This document shows positions 14,119-28,705 of a stretch of 64,000 nt of DNA, piece after piece. The position numbers were made by a program, and so were the translations under genes. Numbering within the stretch: the first letter of the stretch is position 1; every line of letters begins with the position of its first letter. Location of the stretch: positions 15,788,532 to 15,852,531 of the forward strand of contig CM119263.1 in assembly GCA_051294375.1 (NCBI GenBank). The letters run 5' to 3'. The stretch is from Paraspadella gotoi. Its lineage: Eukaryota > Animalia > Chaetognatha. The notes beneath the pieces were generated by a model, which was not told where the DNA came from, did no database searches, and saw only the letters and a list, made by a program, of their open reading frames with translations.

Positions 14119-14869
14119 CTGAGGACGGACAGCAGTGAGGCAGCTTTAAGTCTTGCTGCCACAGGTTAATAATTTTACAAAGTACCAACTCCTTATGAAA
14201 TGAGAATTTAAGCGATTGCCTCACGACCGCAAGTTAGAAGGTGTTAGGTGAAAAAAAAATCAGCTCGAAAGGAAAATCTTTTAGAGATGTTTCATCGCAT
14301 CGGGGGTTGTGGAGTGAGGAAGGGGTTTGAAGAAGTGCTTTGACACTAGAGGGCGTCGATACGTCATTTCCTCCGTTGATGAGGAAATACTCTTCCACTC
14401 GGTTTCTTCTCGCGAAGCTCGGCTCGTATTTATTAATTAAAAAGTAATACGTAAAATTAAGAAAATCGCTTTTGTCTCGGGGAACTCCGGAAGAGGCAGT
14501 TCTCATTATGCNNNNNNNNNNNNNNNNNNNNNNNNNNNNNNNNNNNNNNNNNNNNNNNNNNNNNNNNNNNNNNNNNNNNNNNNNNNNNNNNNNNNNNNNN
14601 NNNNNNNNNNNNNNNNNNNNNNNNNNNNNNNNNNNNNNNNNNNNNNNNNNNNNNNNNNNNNNNNNNNNNNNNNNNNNNNNNNNNNNNNNNNNNNNNNNNN
14701 NNNNNNNNNNNNNNNNNNNNNNNTGCTTTTTAATCTGTACAATATTACATTTTTAAACATAGAGCTTTCTTTTTAAACTTTGTGACCGGAAATCTGAATC
14801 TCATCTCGATGGAGATCAGAGGCGATACGATCCATGGAGGATTACTTTTTGGCACGAACACGACGACGA

Positions 14870-14904
<35 letters not shown>

Positions 14905-17900
14905 TTGACATCTAAAGAAAGAAAAAGGCTGGGTCAAAAAGCCATTCTCAACTTTATTGTGTCTCGCCTCAGTATCGTTTTATTTTCCAGCAAAAATACA
15001 ATTAAAATTATTCTTAATATCTTGTTCCTAAAGTCTCTAGACTCTAAAGATTCGAGTATCATTTTAAAAACTAACTGCTATTATTTAAAAGTTTTTGGTT
15101 CTAATGCTCCTAAATTAAATTTAAATAAAAATAAAATAAAATCCCCCGATTTTTCTCCCTCATCCGATTCTCCGTTTATTTCTTTTCTTACTGACCTTAA
15201 CTACCTTTCCTTCACTTACTTTTCAGCTTCGCTCTCTCGTTGATTCCTTTTTTTATGTTCTAAATTTTTCGCCATTTTCTTTGTTCCTTCCCAAGATTCC
15301 TCTCTTTAATAATCTTTTTATTTCTCAACCTTCCTCTCTTTCCTTTTTTTTTTCTCTTTCCTTTTTTTCTCTTTCCTTTGTTGGCGATTCGATCCACGAC
15401 CGTTGCCCATAACGGAAACGAGAGAGGTTAGGGCAAAAAATTCTTTCCCTTTTTTGCTCACTCTTCATCTTCGTCTTCTTTCNNNNNNNNNNNNNNNNNN
15501 NNNNNNNNNNNNNNNNNNNNNNNNNNNNNNNNNNNNNNNNNNNNNNNNNNNNNNNNNNNNNNNNNNNNNNNNNNNNNNNNNNNNNNNNNNNNNNNNNNNN
15601 NNNNNNNNNNNNNNNNNNNNNNNNNNNNNNNNNNNNNNNNNNNNNCGGACGGTAAACTGCTCGCGGCATCGTCTTCCACAATATCATAATTAAATTTGAT
15701 ATAGAAAGTTAGAAAAAGAGGTCAACGAGGAAATGGGCTACTGATTACTACGGTGATAAACAGTATTGCTTAAAAAAGAAGTTATGAAAAAGAAAGAGAA
15801 AAATATATAGCGTAAAGAAAAGTAATTGATCGACCTTTCCTCATCTTGCGCTAACGGGTCTCCGGTCTCCAGTCAACATTCGTCGTCTCCANNNNNNNNN
15901 NNNNNNNNNNNNNNNNNNNNNNNNNNNNNNNNNNNNNNNNNNNNNNNNNNNNNNNNNNNNNNNNNNNNNNNNNNNNNNNNNNNNNNNNNNNNNNNNNNNN
16001 NNNNNNNNNNNNNNNNNNNNNNNNNNNNNNNNNNNNNNNNNNNNNNNNNNNNNNNNNNAGAGAGAGAGAGAGAGAGAGAGAGTTTTTATTGGAATTCCCG
16101 TGGATTTCTCGGCAAACAACTTCTTGTTTAGTCGCGACAATTAACGCAAAACATTCTTGTCTTGTTTATTTACCGTTTTTGTTTGTTAACTATTTTTAAC
16201 GAGGAAGAAGAGAGAAGAAAATAAAGGAAGAAATAAAGAAAAGAAAGTGAGAAATAAAAGAGAGAGAGAATATGGCGTTTTCCCCATTTACCGGTTCTTT
16301 CCAACTTCGGGTTAATTTTCATCTTGCCTCGAACGTCCTCATTTGTTATCAAATTCTTTTGTAATTGGGGTTCGTCGTTCTATTCATCTGTCTTCTTCGC
16401 GCCTGAGAACTCGACACCTGGTTTCTCGCTCTCCAACTCGATCTCTATCTCGTTCTCTATCTCTCACTCTCTTAATTCGTCTCCATCTAAATCTCCTTGG
16501 GAAACCGTCGAATTGACATATTTGCGATCCTAAACTTTGTCAATTGCGTGATGTAAAGTTCAAGCTTTTTTTTTTGAAATATCAGAAGTTTTAAAACAGT
16601 CAAACATTTTTTTTATTCATTGTTGCCTCCCGAACGGGAAAAAGAAAAATAATAAAATTTTTATCGTCGTCACGCTGTGAAAAAAAACTTGAACGATGAC
16701 GTCGACGACGACAACGACGACGGTGACGACGACGACGACGAGGAGGAGGAACGACAACGGAGACGTTCCTCTAGCGGCGGTCTTCTGTTTCTCAACTCGT
16801 AAAAGTAAAAAAAATAAAACCGTAAGAGCGAAGATGGCGCTGGCGACGCTTATCAACGCCAAGGACGCATTTAGCCGCCGCTCGTTACGATTTCCACAAC
16901 GCCATGAGATTCGCACCATGAGTTTCTCTCCATGAGACTCGAGTTTTATGGGAGGATAAAAAATAAAATCGTGGAAGACGTCACGGGGAGATCAATACGG
17001 CAGAAGTGGAGGGGAGATGGTCCACGTCGTTGTTGTCGTTGTCAAGAAGAGACTGATATGAAGAATGGCAATTGTCGGTAGGATCGCTGCTCGTTAATTT
17101 AATTTTATCACCACGTTTTAAAACACACTATAAAAAAATCTTTGGAAAAAAAACTGACAATTTTTTTTTCTCTTCTCACGAAACCAAAGTGAGAAAATAA
17201 GAAAACCGGACCTTTTACTCTTTCTTAATTTGAAAACGTCAATCATATTTTCCTTTTTCTCTTCACTCATTCCCTCTCCTTCAAATCTCCTTATCTTCGT
17301 CGACCTCTCTTCTTCTTCTTCTTCTTCTTCTTCTTCTTCTTCTNNNNNNNNNNNNNNNNNNNNNNNNNNNNNNNNNNNNNNNNNNNNNNNNNNNNNNNNN
17401 NNNNNNNNNNNNNNNNNNNNNNNNNNNNNNNNNNNNNNNNNNNNNNNNNNNNNNNNNNNNNNNNNNNNNNNNNNNNNNNNNNNNNNNNNNNNNNNNNNNN
17501 NNNNNNNNNNNNNNNNNNNNNNNNNNNNNNNNNNNNNNNNNNNNNNNNNNNNNNNNNNNNNNNNNNNNNNNNNCTCCTCCTCCTCCTCCTCCCACCGCGG
17601 ACGACGTTATCTTCCGAATCCCCTCCTCGTCTCGACCTCAATTCTGAGGGCGGTCTCCTCCAGCGGAGAGAGAAGGAGGCGCTTCCCCCTTCCACTTGCG
17701 ATTCGAAGGACGGATTCTCAGAGATCATCCGCAACAACGACGACGACGACGATAACAACAACGACGACGATGGAGACGATGAGGAGCGTGAGAGGATAGG
17801 TGACCTCCGTTTGGTTGGGGGACAGAGAGACAGAGACAGAGACAGAGAGACACTCGACTAAATGAAACAATAATCAATCACAACTTGAAAAGCGTTTTAT

Positions 17901-18306
17901 TATCTCTTACCCTTCACGAAATAACGACGTTGGAAACTGGTTTTATATTTGTAACGAGTCGTTTTCTACTTACGACATTCATTTGTTTACCTTCTCATAA
18001 AATAGACGGAAATAAAGTAAATTACAACGACTACAACCATGACAAGTTCGAGATCCGCTCCTCTGTCCTTTCCCCCCACTCACCCTCCCTCCAATGTGCC
18101 GTCGCCGCTCCTCCCTCCCCGCCGAATACTCGCCACGCCCACCCGGACATCTGCCTCTCCCACCAGGATCGCCGCCCATCTACTCTCTCGGAGAGAGCAG
18201 TGGTCGCGAAAATTGCTTTTTACGAGGCGAAGAACAGATTCTCCTCACATTTCTACAGGGGAATAACACCGACGGCGATGAGCGTTAGAGAGAGAGAGAG
18301 AGAGAG

Positions 18307-18340
<34 letters not shown>

Positions 18341-19619
18341 TGAGAGAGAAGAGAGAGAGAGAGAGCAGAGAGAGGCGAGCCGTGGGAAATGAATTTAAAA
18401 AAAACGAGGAGATCTCTCAGACGTCTTAAATCAAACCGATGACGTCACATGTTGTTTGACCATTAATGAATCAATACATCGTCATCATCATTATCATCAT
18501 CAGCATCATCATCATCATCATCAGCATCATAATCATCAGCTGCATCATCATCATTAACAACAACAACGACCACCACATATCATCTATTTATCTATTTATA
18601 TTTCCTTATATCTTATTTATATCATCTTCTTAAATAAATTACAAATATTTTTATAGTATTAAAGCATTAAACGCCAATAAAATTATGAGTTTCGGAAAGT
18701 GCTTTGCCGAGAATAACCACGATGTCCTCAGACAAGAGATAAAAAAAGTCCGAGTGAAAATTCGGGCGAATAAATCACGAGGTAAAAAACCTTCTGAAGA
18801 AAAAGTTTTCTATTTTTAGATTAGATTTGCGAGAGGTAAGTTTTCCTTACCCTTAATTGAGTCCCTGACGCTTTATCTTTTTTTAAGATTTTTTTTTATT
18901 TCAAACATACTCATATTTACACACTTATCTCCGCTTTTTTTTCATTTCTTTATAACTTTATTTGCCATTCTACCTCTTTTAGTTTTACTTTTGTCGCTTT
19001 ATTCTCATTTTATAATATTAATTTTCTAATCTTCAAACGTATTATGACAAATACTCATCTCTTTTTCAATCGCCTACCATATCCTCTACTTTCCATTAGC
19101 CCTTCTTTTTTTTTCTGACTAAAGGCTCAGCGATGTAAAAGTCTGGGCTGCGAGGAGGTAAAGTGAAAAAGGCAGAGGCCGTTCACTCTGCAAAGACGAC
19201 GACAACGACGACTGTGACGTCCACAACCCAAAAATACGACGACGACAAAAAGTTATGGTGGTTTACAAATTTTATTGAGAAGCTGAACAAAATTGTTTTT
19301 ATCTTGTGAAATTGGGACAATTAATTTAAATATTATTCCATGTTCATAAATAAGCTATCGGAACGGAGCTTAATCCGTTGAGATCGCTCTTTTATTTTGC
19401 TAAGTAAATTAAGCCCTTCTACTTCCTCTATTTCTTTCCCTTCACGGATTTCTGAAAAACATTGTGTGAGTTCTTTCTCGGGTGGGAGAATTCGTTGGAA
19501 AAAAACCAGGCCCTCCCCCGGTTTCCTTTTCTGAAAATAAAGCATAACTTTAGACATTCGGTTGGCAAGAATTATTAAAATATCTATGTGAGATAATTAA
19601 ATCTAGTCCAAAGTCTTCT

Positions 19620-19657
<38 letters not shown>

Positions 19658-20215
19658 CCCACTCTTCTCTCCTCTCTACTCGTCTTCATCTCCTTCTCCG
19701 TGTCTCTCTCTCTCTCCCCACACAGTCTCCCCTTCCCTCCAATATCTGCTCCGCCTTAGCTTTCGCCCTCCATTGTGCATGTTGCTCTAATTTCCGTCTG
19801 TAACGTTTCAACTTTTTCTCGTTGATCTTCTCCAGATTTCGCTTCTCATCTGACGCGAAGTCACGGAGGCCCTTACGAAATTATCGCCCGCTCGAGTTTC
19901 GGCGAAAAAAACATTAGTTCCGGACTTCGTTCGATTTTTACTTTTTTATGAAATAAAATAAAAACAACAGTTCACAAAAATATCGATACTTTGTTTCTAA
20001 TTTCGGTTAACCAATTCAAAGTCGAAGAAAAAGGCGATGAGGATGAATTTCAGCAAAGATTCCATCCCCAAACATTTACGGTGACCTGCGGCGATTGGCC
20101 AATGGCCAGGCCAATTCTGGAGTAAACAACACCTTGAGGTCAAAACAATAATACAAAAGGACTTTACCCTATTTATAGAAAACGGGACGATCGTGAAAAC
20201 ATCGTGGATTGAATC

Positions 20216-20217
<2 letters not shown>

Positions 20218-20300
<83 letters not shown>
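20218..20300. repeat. (GAC)n perfect microsatellite, about 27 units
   Basis: Seen directly. Confidence 0.95.
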
Positions 20301-20557
20301 TGAACGATAACCGAAGAAGAAAGAAAACAGGATGTAAACAAGAACGAAGAAAGTTTTTTTTCTTTTTGGAGGGAAAATGAAAAAGATCCAGACAAGCTTT
20401 TATAACTCTCCGTAAATCTTTTCACGAATCTCCTTTCTCGACGCTGGGAACGAAACCAGAGACGCCGCGACGCGACGAACTCTCTCCGAAGCCGAGATGA
20501 CGACATGTTGCCGGAACTTTGACGACGTATTGGCTGGAACGATGAGAACGTGTTGTA

Positions 20558-21021
20558 CTATCTAGGAAAAAAAGTATATAACATTTCTAATAAAGGATAT
20601 CTATTCGAAAATATGTTTGATTAAAAAAATTAGAATATTTCCGGATCTACTTTAAATTTACTTTTAGTAGCTTCCTTCCATTTTTTTGTAGGTCAAATGA
20701 AAAATGGCGAAAAAAATCTAATTTAGTTTTCCTCCATTTTTGGTATTTAGTTATTTGTTTTTATTTTAAATAGAGTCGTTTTTTTTTTAAATTTGGTAAT
20801 GCTAAAGGCCTTGCACTTTTTTTTGGTTCAAAAAAGTGCTATTATAACTTTTAGAAAATAGGGAAAAACACAACATCAATATCGGGTCTGAAAAGAATTG
20901 TATTAAAGATGTGGAAAAACATTTTACTGCCATACCTCAATTTGCTGTATGAGAGCATGCCCAGACAAATGTATACTTTTTATTGAAAATGAATTATGTT
21001 ATATACTTTTTTCCTAGATAG
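20558..21021. mobile_element. MITE with TA flanks (Tc1/mariner-like), 464 bp
   Basis: About 27-bp TIR CTATCTAGGAAAAAAAGTATATAACAT / ATGTTATATACTTTTTTCCTAGATAG, flanked by TA at 20556-20557 and 21022-21023; no ORF. Confidence 0.75.
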
Positions 21022-21276
21022 TACGTAAATTCGCGAAATATAGCAAATTCAATAATTCAATGGGAATTTACAGTTATATACAAAAATATTATGACTGATT
21101 TTTTTAAACTAATAAATGATGATATTAATTAGTCATAGTGATATAACTAATCGGTTTGAGGCAAAGTTTTACAATTCAAAAGTTACCGACGCATAGTCGC
21201 CGAGTCCTGGTCGAGATTAATTTTCGAAATCTCTGGTCAAATTCGTCAGAAAACTGAAAATGAGTCTTCCTCTTAC

Positions 21277-21316
21277 CCACGGTCCGACCAGGAGGGTGGC
21301 CCATTCAAGGCCCCGC
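21277..21316 (-). CDS. Candidate 40-nt internal exon, product unknown
   Basis: Perfect TACTAAC branch point (21345-21339), tgacAG acceptor, GTAAGA donor; open as RGLEWATLLVGPW or GALNGPPSWSDR. Confidence 0.35.
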
Positions 21317-23836
21317 CTGTCAGTGACTTGGGTAGAGAGTTAGTAAAGGGATGATAGAGAAAAACTGACAGAAAATGAAAGAGAAGAAAGGAAATCAAGG
21401 AGTAGAGAAATTGCAATTGGCTCGAAAGGAAGATAGGCCGTGGACGGACGGATAATGATCGAAGGGAAACGTTCGGAAAAAAAAAGGAGAAAAGGAAAAG
21501 GCGAGCGGGAAAAAAGGAAAATAAGGAAAAGAAATTTGTGATATCAGTTTCGAGATCATACTAGAAAACTCGAAAATCTAGGTTAAGACAATAAAGAACA
21601 AAGAAAAATAACAAAGGAATACCCAGGAAAGAGAAAGAGCGAGAAAAAAAAAAGAATTAATGGATTATAAAAGAAAAAAAAGGCCATATGGGTTCCTCGT
21701 ATTTTTCATTTTCTTTTGTGCGCTAATTTTTTTTCACCTTCACGCTGAATTTTTATTCATTTGCCGAGTTTTAAAAAGAGTTCACCGTTTTTATAGTTTT
21801 GTGTTTCTAATCCTTATAAATGTTTTGAGCCGAGGATAAATAAACAACACGCCTAAATTTTATTATTGCACAAAAACATCAATTTTTAAAAGAAGCTTCC
21901 AATTAATAATAAATATATTAACATCCCAGAGTCTTAGCAACGACTCTGCCAATAATGAGTCAAGAAGCGTTGACTAAAACCGGCGTCGTCTTAACTGAGC
22001 GACGCCGAACGACGGCGTCAAGTAACAATAAACGCAAACGACGAAACGGCGTCGACAAACATCGTCTCTCAACATTTTCCTCAACCTGGCATTCCACCCG
22101 CATCCCGCAGAATCCTCGGCACGCCCTCTCCACCTCCTCCCAGATTCCGAAAGAAACTCTCACTTATCCCAGTTTTCTTTCCTTCGGCCGACGGCACGCT
22201 CTCGGGTCTCGCGCAGCCGGCCGCGTCCCCAAAACCGATTCGAATTTATCCGCTTCCGCTTGTTTACCTGACTTTTTTCTTCTCGAGGGTTTTTACTTGG
22301 TAACGGATACACAGAGTCCCAAGTTTTGTGTCGGCTATTGACTCCATATGGCCTTCGGCAAATTTGTTGTTGCCGTGACAACAAGACGGTTTACCCATCC
22401 TCTGTCCGCTACGATGCGAACAACTATCGGCATTGTTTGTACATTTGTTAATATAAAATATGAAACGTGTCAAACTGCATAAAAAAGTGTTGCGAGATTG
22501 TTTCTAAATGTTTTCTAGATAAATGGTACATCTAATGCCAAACAAATCCAAAAGCTTGTCTTTTTTTTGCATGAAATCTGAACGATATTTTATTAGAGAA
22601 ACGTTCACATTAATGCGATCGAACTCTGGAATTTCGGCCAAACGCCGAATCTGCAACTATTTTTCCATGGGAGTGCTCTATTTAATGTAAAATTTGAAGC
22701 GACTGGAACAAAAAAAAATTCCCCAAACCACATAAATACGTTGCTCCGGATGTATGGAGCCACACTACCCAGGTCTTTAAATTCTGAACTACACCAAACT
22801 CCCAAAAAATCCAACGACGACGGACGCGACGACGACGAAACTGACGATGATGACGACGACGATGCAGAGAAAAATTTCTCTTGGCATGTCGAAACATCTG
22901 GATTGGCAGGGGCAAGGGGCGTATGACAGGAAAGCGATTGATGCACATTGAAAGGCTCTTGGCGCGATTCATGCGTACAGGGGGGGGGTGAGTTGGATGT
23001 TGGCGTGAACGAGAAGGTCGTGAGAAGAAAAAGAACCAGAACATTTCGTGATTTTGGCTTGAAGACAGTACCAGAGAGAAGGTGACCGAACGTCTCAAGG
23101 GCAAAGGGAAGAGAATATATCGGTGTGCGATGCGGCTGAGAAAAGAGACAAATGAGAAAAGGAGAAGCGATGCGACACTGCACGGTTCTTATGGATGGGC
23201 GGGGTGCCGAGGGGCGGGGTTTCAGCTCGAAAAGGAGACGGTGCGGAGCCAAAGGCAAACGGAGCGACGCGCTGACGACGATTTGTTGACGATTCTTCCA
23301 GAATTTGTGGCTTCGTCGGAACATCGCCTTCTTGCCTCCCCCTTAACCCGCCGTCTCTCTCTTTGTCCTTTTCCTTCTTCCGACACCGCTGCCGATTGCC
23401 GCCGTCCTCGCCGACGCCGCTGCCGCTGCCGCTGCCGCTGTCGGCGCCGTCCCCGATGCCGCAGGGCGAGGCAATAATTTTGAGTTTGAGACTCGAAAAA
23501 AGAAAACGCCGCGAAAAAACATTTTGGAGAAAGGCTTATTGGACTTTCTCGATATATTATTGGCTGTCACTCTATTTTCTTACTTTCTCTCTATCTTTCT
23601 CATTCTCTGGCACTCTCATTCTCTCACTCTCTCACTCTCTCACTCTCTCACTCTCTCCCCACCCGACTCTCCCTAACTTCCATAATATTAGGTGGGGAAA
23701 ACCTAAACTCGTAAAAGGGGATGCAAGTTCTGATTTCAAGCAGCAGCAAGATTTGTTGGCAAAGAATTCAAATTCATGGAACCGGCGACGAAATTAAATT
23801 ACTCTCACTCCCTCCGATTTGAATTCTCTTTCTTTT

Positions 23837-23885
<49 letters not shown>

Positions 23886-24511
23886 ATTCTCTCATCTCTC
23901 TCTCTTCTCTCTTTCTCTCCCTCTAAACGAAATTTTCTTCAGCGCTTTCTCACATGGGTTCCAAACAACTTACCATTAGCCGGTCTCGATCCGCCAGACT
24001 ACGCGAGGCAATTTCGGTGAAATAGTGTACGCATCTTGGGTCCCAGGTGGGAGCCGGGGTCAACGGGTGAAATCTGGGTCAATGGGCGCCGTTGAGTGGA
24101 CCGGATTTTGGCCAGAGAGTGGGAAAGAAAGAAAAAAACCGCAAAATTACCCCGATAATCGAACAAACAAACAAACAAACATCCGTTTATTAAAATCAAT
24201 AGATGTCGCGGAATTGACGGCAAAGATCGAAAAGGGAAAAAAAATCGAGAGACAGATGGCGTTGAGGTTCGACCTCTGGAACCGACAGATGGCGCGCAGA
24301 GATTGCAGGTGCCGTGTCAAATAACTCGCCCTCTTCCATTGTTTCACCGCCTGATTCGAATTTTCACATTTTTTTTAGTATTTATTAAAATTACGTTTGA
24401 AGCGATCACATTAAAAATTATGCGGAATACCGATTTTACATTGTTTATAATTTTTTATACTTTTTTTCCCTTTATTTTCTTTTATTTTCTTGGCTGGCGA
24501 GGATGAGGAGG

Positions 24512-24588
<77 letters not shown>

Positions 24589-24908
24589 AGAGAGAGCGAG
24601 AGATGAAAGAGGAGAGAAGATAAGGAGTAGGCATATGGTGGATGATGGAGTTTAAGGAGTTTAAGGCTGGGTATTAGCTTGGAAAGTCATTTCAGGTTTA
24701 ATTTGGATAGTCTGCCGGGTGACGCCAACGATGAGACAACAGACGAAATGACCCCAAACTTGGTCAAATGTATTGGGGTCAGGCATGAGGGCATGGAAGG
24801 AGAAAATGCCGAGGCAAAGGCAGGTGTGCATTCGCGAGTTAACCGTTTGGCTCTAAGCAATCTGTGACCAATCTTTCTTTCTATTTCCCCCCACTCTCTC
24901 TCTCTCTC

Positions 24909-24955
<47 letters not shown>

Positions 24956-27390
24956 ATTAGATTCATAGACTTACAAAAATACTGTAATAGTACTACTGTA
25001 CTATAGTTAGTCATTTGGATTAAAAATTTTAAAAAAAGATTTACAATTGTACATTCCTTCGGTATTAGAAACCAAATGAATAGTGAATAGTGAATCGCTT
25101 GGACGAAATAAAAAACGAACCTGATAAACTAATTAGTCAGGTCATTCGAAGCGTTTGTCACTGTCCTCTTAAATTGTGCGTCGGCGTGACGTGATATTGC
25201 ATAAATCGTGCGTCGGCGTCGCTTCGATCGTGCGTTGGCATCGGCATCGGCGTCTAGAAGTACCCGGGTTACTCCATGGAATTCCTCACTAAAAGGTGAG
25301 TTCAAAGGTGAGGCGGACTCGAGAGGGTCACGGGTGTGACACGAATTCACGAACGGAAATTCACTCGAGGGTGACGCGAAATGAAACTCATTTTTATCCT
25401 GTTTTCTTTTCTTGGACTAAAGGTCGGAACTTTTTTTAAGAAACTTTTTTTAACGGAATCTTAAAAACAATAAAAATATTATGCTCAACTAATTCTCTTT
25501 GCCAATTTAGTTCTTAGTTGGACCAGTCCCAAAAATATTACTCATTTGTTCAGTCTCAGAAAAGCTTCACTGTGTTGGTTCACGGTGACTCTCCCTCTCA
25601 GAGTTTCATTTTTTTCTTTGCATAATTTCGCTCCCACTCCGATCCGGAAAACGAGCAAAAGAAAAATGCAAAATACAAATTTAAAAGAAAAAAAATGTTT
25701 GGGAATGTGATTTATGAAGAAAATCCTTGGCGCTGGTGAGACACCAATATTCTTTCTTAGGGGAGACGAAATGAGAGGGAAAACTAAAAAGGAGGAACGA
25801 GGAAATTAAAAAAGGAACATGATGAACGCGGGAAAACAAAGGATGTATGGGTTGCGAGAGCAATATCAAACCGGAAGGAATAAACCAGAAAAATGAAAAC
25901 GATATTTATATAATAATATAAGAAGAGAACATAATATAGATTATATGTACTACGCAGAACAAAATTATTTGAAATTAAACAATTTTAACTCTCTGAAAAG
26001 ACGCCCATAGGACGAAGTATACAAAGCAGCAATACGGCATTGTTAAAAAAAACATTTCGACAGTGAACCCCAGTCATCCTAGTGCTGTATAGTGTACATT
26101 ACATGATTTTTCATTTAAAATCTGCTCGAGACATGTACCTTTATCGGTCACTTGTAAGGAAGTACTTAAATAAATTCACTTTTCCTTAAAGATAAACACT
26201 GCTTCTCATACCTTATTTTTTGCAGATCTGTAGATAGCTGACTGTCTGCTAAGAAAAGTTTACTGCTCCTATACCAGATCGAAAAACTTTAATTCATTAT
26301 AATGAATAAGCGCACAAGTATGGACCTTTTATAGGATACCTAAATTTTAAAAATTGAACAAAGCAAACTGCTGTTTTTTTCAGTGATTTAAAAAAAAATT
26401 AAATTATATATTTTTTAATATTTATAAAAATTTTTTTAAAATATTGATTAAATAATATTTAAATTGTTTTGGACAGTAAGAAACAACCTCATATTTTTAA
26501 CTTCAGAGCTTTTATATTGCAGTAATCATTATTTTTAAATTATCTACTTAACTTGTTCATATTACTTTTTGAATTGATTTAATAATAATTTATTGAATAA
26601 ATAGCAACCATTTTGTTCTGGCTTAATGGTTCAATCGCTCACAACTTAATAATATAATTTAAATGTCAAATTAGTTCGCATATTTTAATGATTTTATATT
26701 TTTTTCATTTATTTCTTTTTATTAATCCACTTGTTTTATGCAAATTACAATTTAAATAATTCATATCAATTTAATGTATTTTTGTACATAATTTTTTAAT
26801 AAAATTAATTTTAAAATAAAAATATTATCTAAAAATTAAAAATATGAAAAATGAGGACTTATTTAAAATAGAAAGTTTTGCACAAAAAATTTCTAAAAAT
26901 TGAATTCGAAATATAGTATCATAAATGGTAAGAACTTATCTTTGACATTGTTATCTCAGAAATAATATTTAACAACACAGTTCCGCACGATATGTAAAAG
27001 TTAACAAACAGTACCATTGGGACACACTGTATTTTCAATTTTTGCGACAGTTCGTGTGAAAGGTAGTTTTTCAAAACTTTAAAAAAGTTTTAAAAGCTTC
27101 ACAAAAAGTGAGAAAACCTCTCTTGGATATAAATAAAAAGAAAAAAAGGAAGAAAAAGCATGAATAAAAAAAGAAGAGAAAAAAAGGTTTTTTTTCTTTG
27201 AAAAATGGAAACCGACGCTGGGATGAATTTTTTTCTCCTTTTCATTCGCAGGTGCATCAGATGCGATGAGATGGCGCAGAGGATGCGATGATGAGGTGCA
27301 TAATGTGCGAGGATAAGGCATATCTGCTATGATAACGTGTGTGAGAGGAGACGCTATGACGATCTTGATGTCAGGTTAAGATGAGGCGTT

Positions 27391-27459
<69 letters not shown>

Positions 27460-27769
27460 GTTCAATGTTCCCAGTGATTTGTTAAAAAGCGTTTTTCGCT
27501 GCTGCTGCTTCCCATAAGTCGTTTCCTTCAAAAACATCCGATGCATCATTGAAAACCCGAAAATCCTAGACCGATGCCATGGTCCATAGACCAGAGACCC
27601 TGGACGACTCAACTTTGACCTTTTCCTTTTTCCTTTCTTTCTTTCTTCCTTTCTCTCTCTTTCTCTCGCTCCCTCTCTTTTTTTAGACTTAGCCATTTCT
27701 CTCGCACCCTACTATGTCTTACGGTTATGTACCATCCTACCCGTCCTTTTAAAGCTCCTCAGTCCTCAG

Positions 27770-28598
27770 TAAGGCGTAGTAAAATTCCTAAGTTTAACTT
27801 TAATGCCTTTAATCACAATTTTTAAAAAGTTTTTTTAATAGAAAATTTAATTTTTATTTACAAAAGTTGAAAAATCCGAAGATTCAAAGGAAAAATCCAG
27901 GTGTCTCCAATGAAAAAATCATACAAAAGAACAGTTTCGAGATCGAGAAGACTCGTATTTAGGGAATTAGCATATTTTGAGAAGCCGTTTTTTTGTACTA
28001 ACCTTTACGCTTAATTTCAGTCAATTTTGCCTATCTACAAAAACTTTTTATTGCTTTGTGACTAATCATGCAAGGTTTTTTTATTTAACTCGATGTACTT
28101 CCATAGTTAGATTTTGGGTCTACTAGTACTAAACCAATAAATGTTAAAATTTCAAAACAGTTTTTTCTAAGATTTTTTTGCAGATTTGGATTCGTCATAA
28201 AAAAGTTGATAAAAAGAAATATAACTCTTTTTGAAAAATTCATTTCATTAAGTGGGTCAAAAATTAGAAAAAGCTATATTTTAAACTGAAATTTAACTTT
28301 TTATATATTAATATAGTTTTTTTTAAATTTTAACCTACTTAATGAAAGAATTTTTAAAAATGAATTATATTTTCTTTTATCAACTTTTGACGAGGAATTC
28401 AAATCTGCAATCAAAATTAAAAAAAGCCTATTTTGAAATTTTTCTCGATTTTATAAGGATAGTACTATATATAAATATAGCCTACTGCGAAAATTAAAAA
28501 ACATAAAATTAATTTTTTTTACAAATTAATGTTCACTGATGGTATGTTGTTCATAATTGACTTTTAGAATTTTTGTATGTAACTTTCACTACGCCTTA
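27770..28598. mobile_element. Non-autonomous hAT-like element, 829 bp
   Basis: 8-bp TSD GTCCTCAG (27762-27769, 28599-28606); TIRs TAAGGCGTAGTAAAATT / AACTTTCACTACGCCTTA match the hAT terminal pattern (T/C)A(A/G)NG. Confidence 0.82.
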
Positions 28599-28629
28599 GT
28601 CCTCAGTCCACGTTTTCGGTGCCATATCG

Positions 28630-28705
<76 letters not shown>

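Noticed and set aside
27014-27031. Tc1-like right end (GGGACACACTG-TA)
   Set aside because: No matching left terminus found
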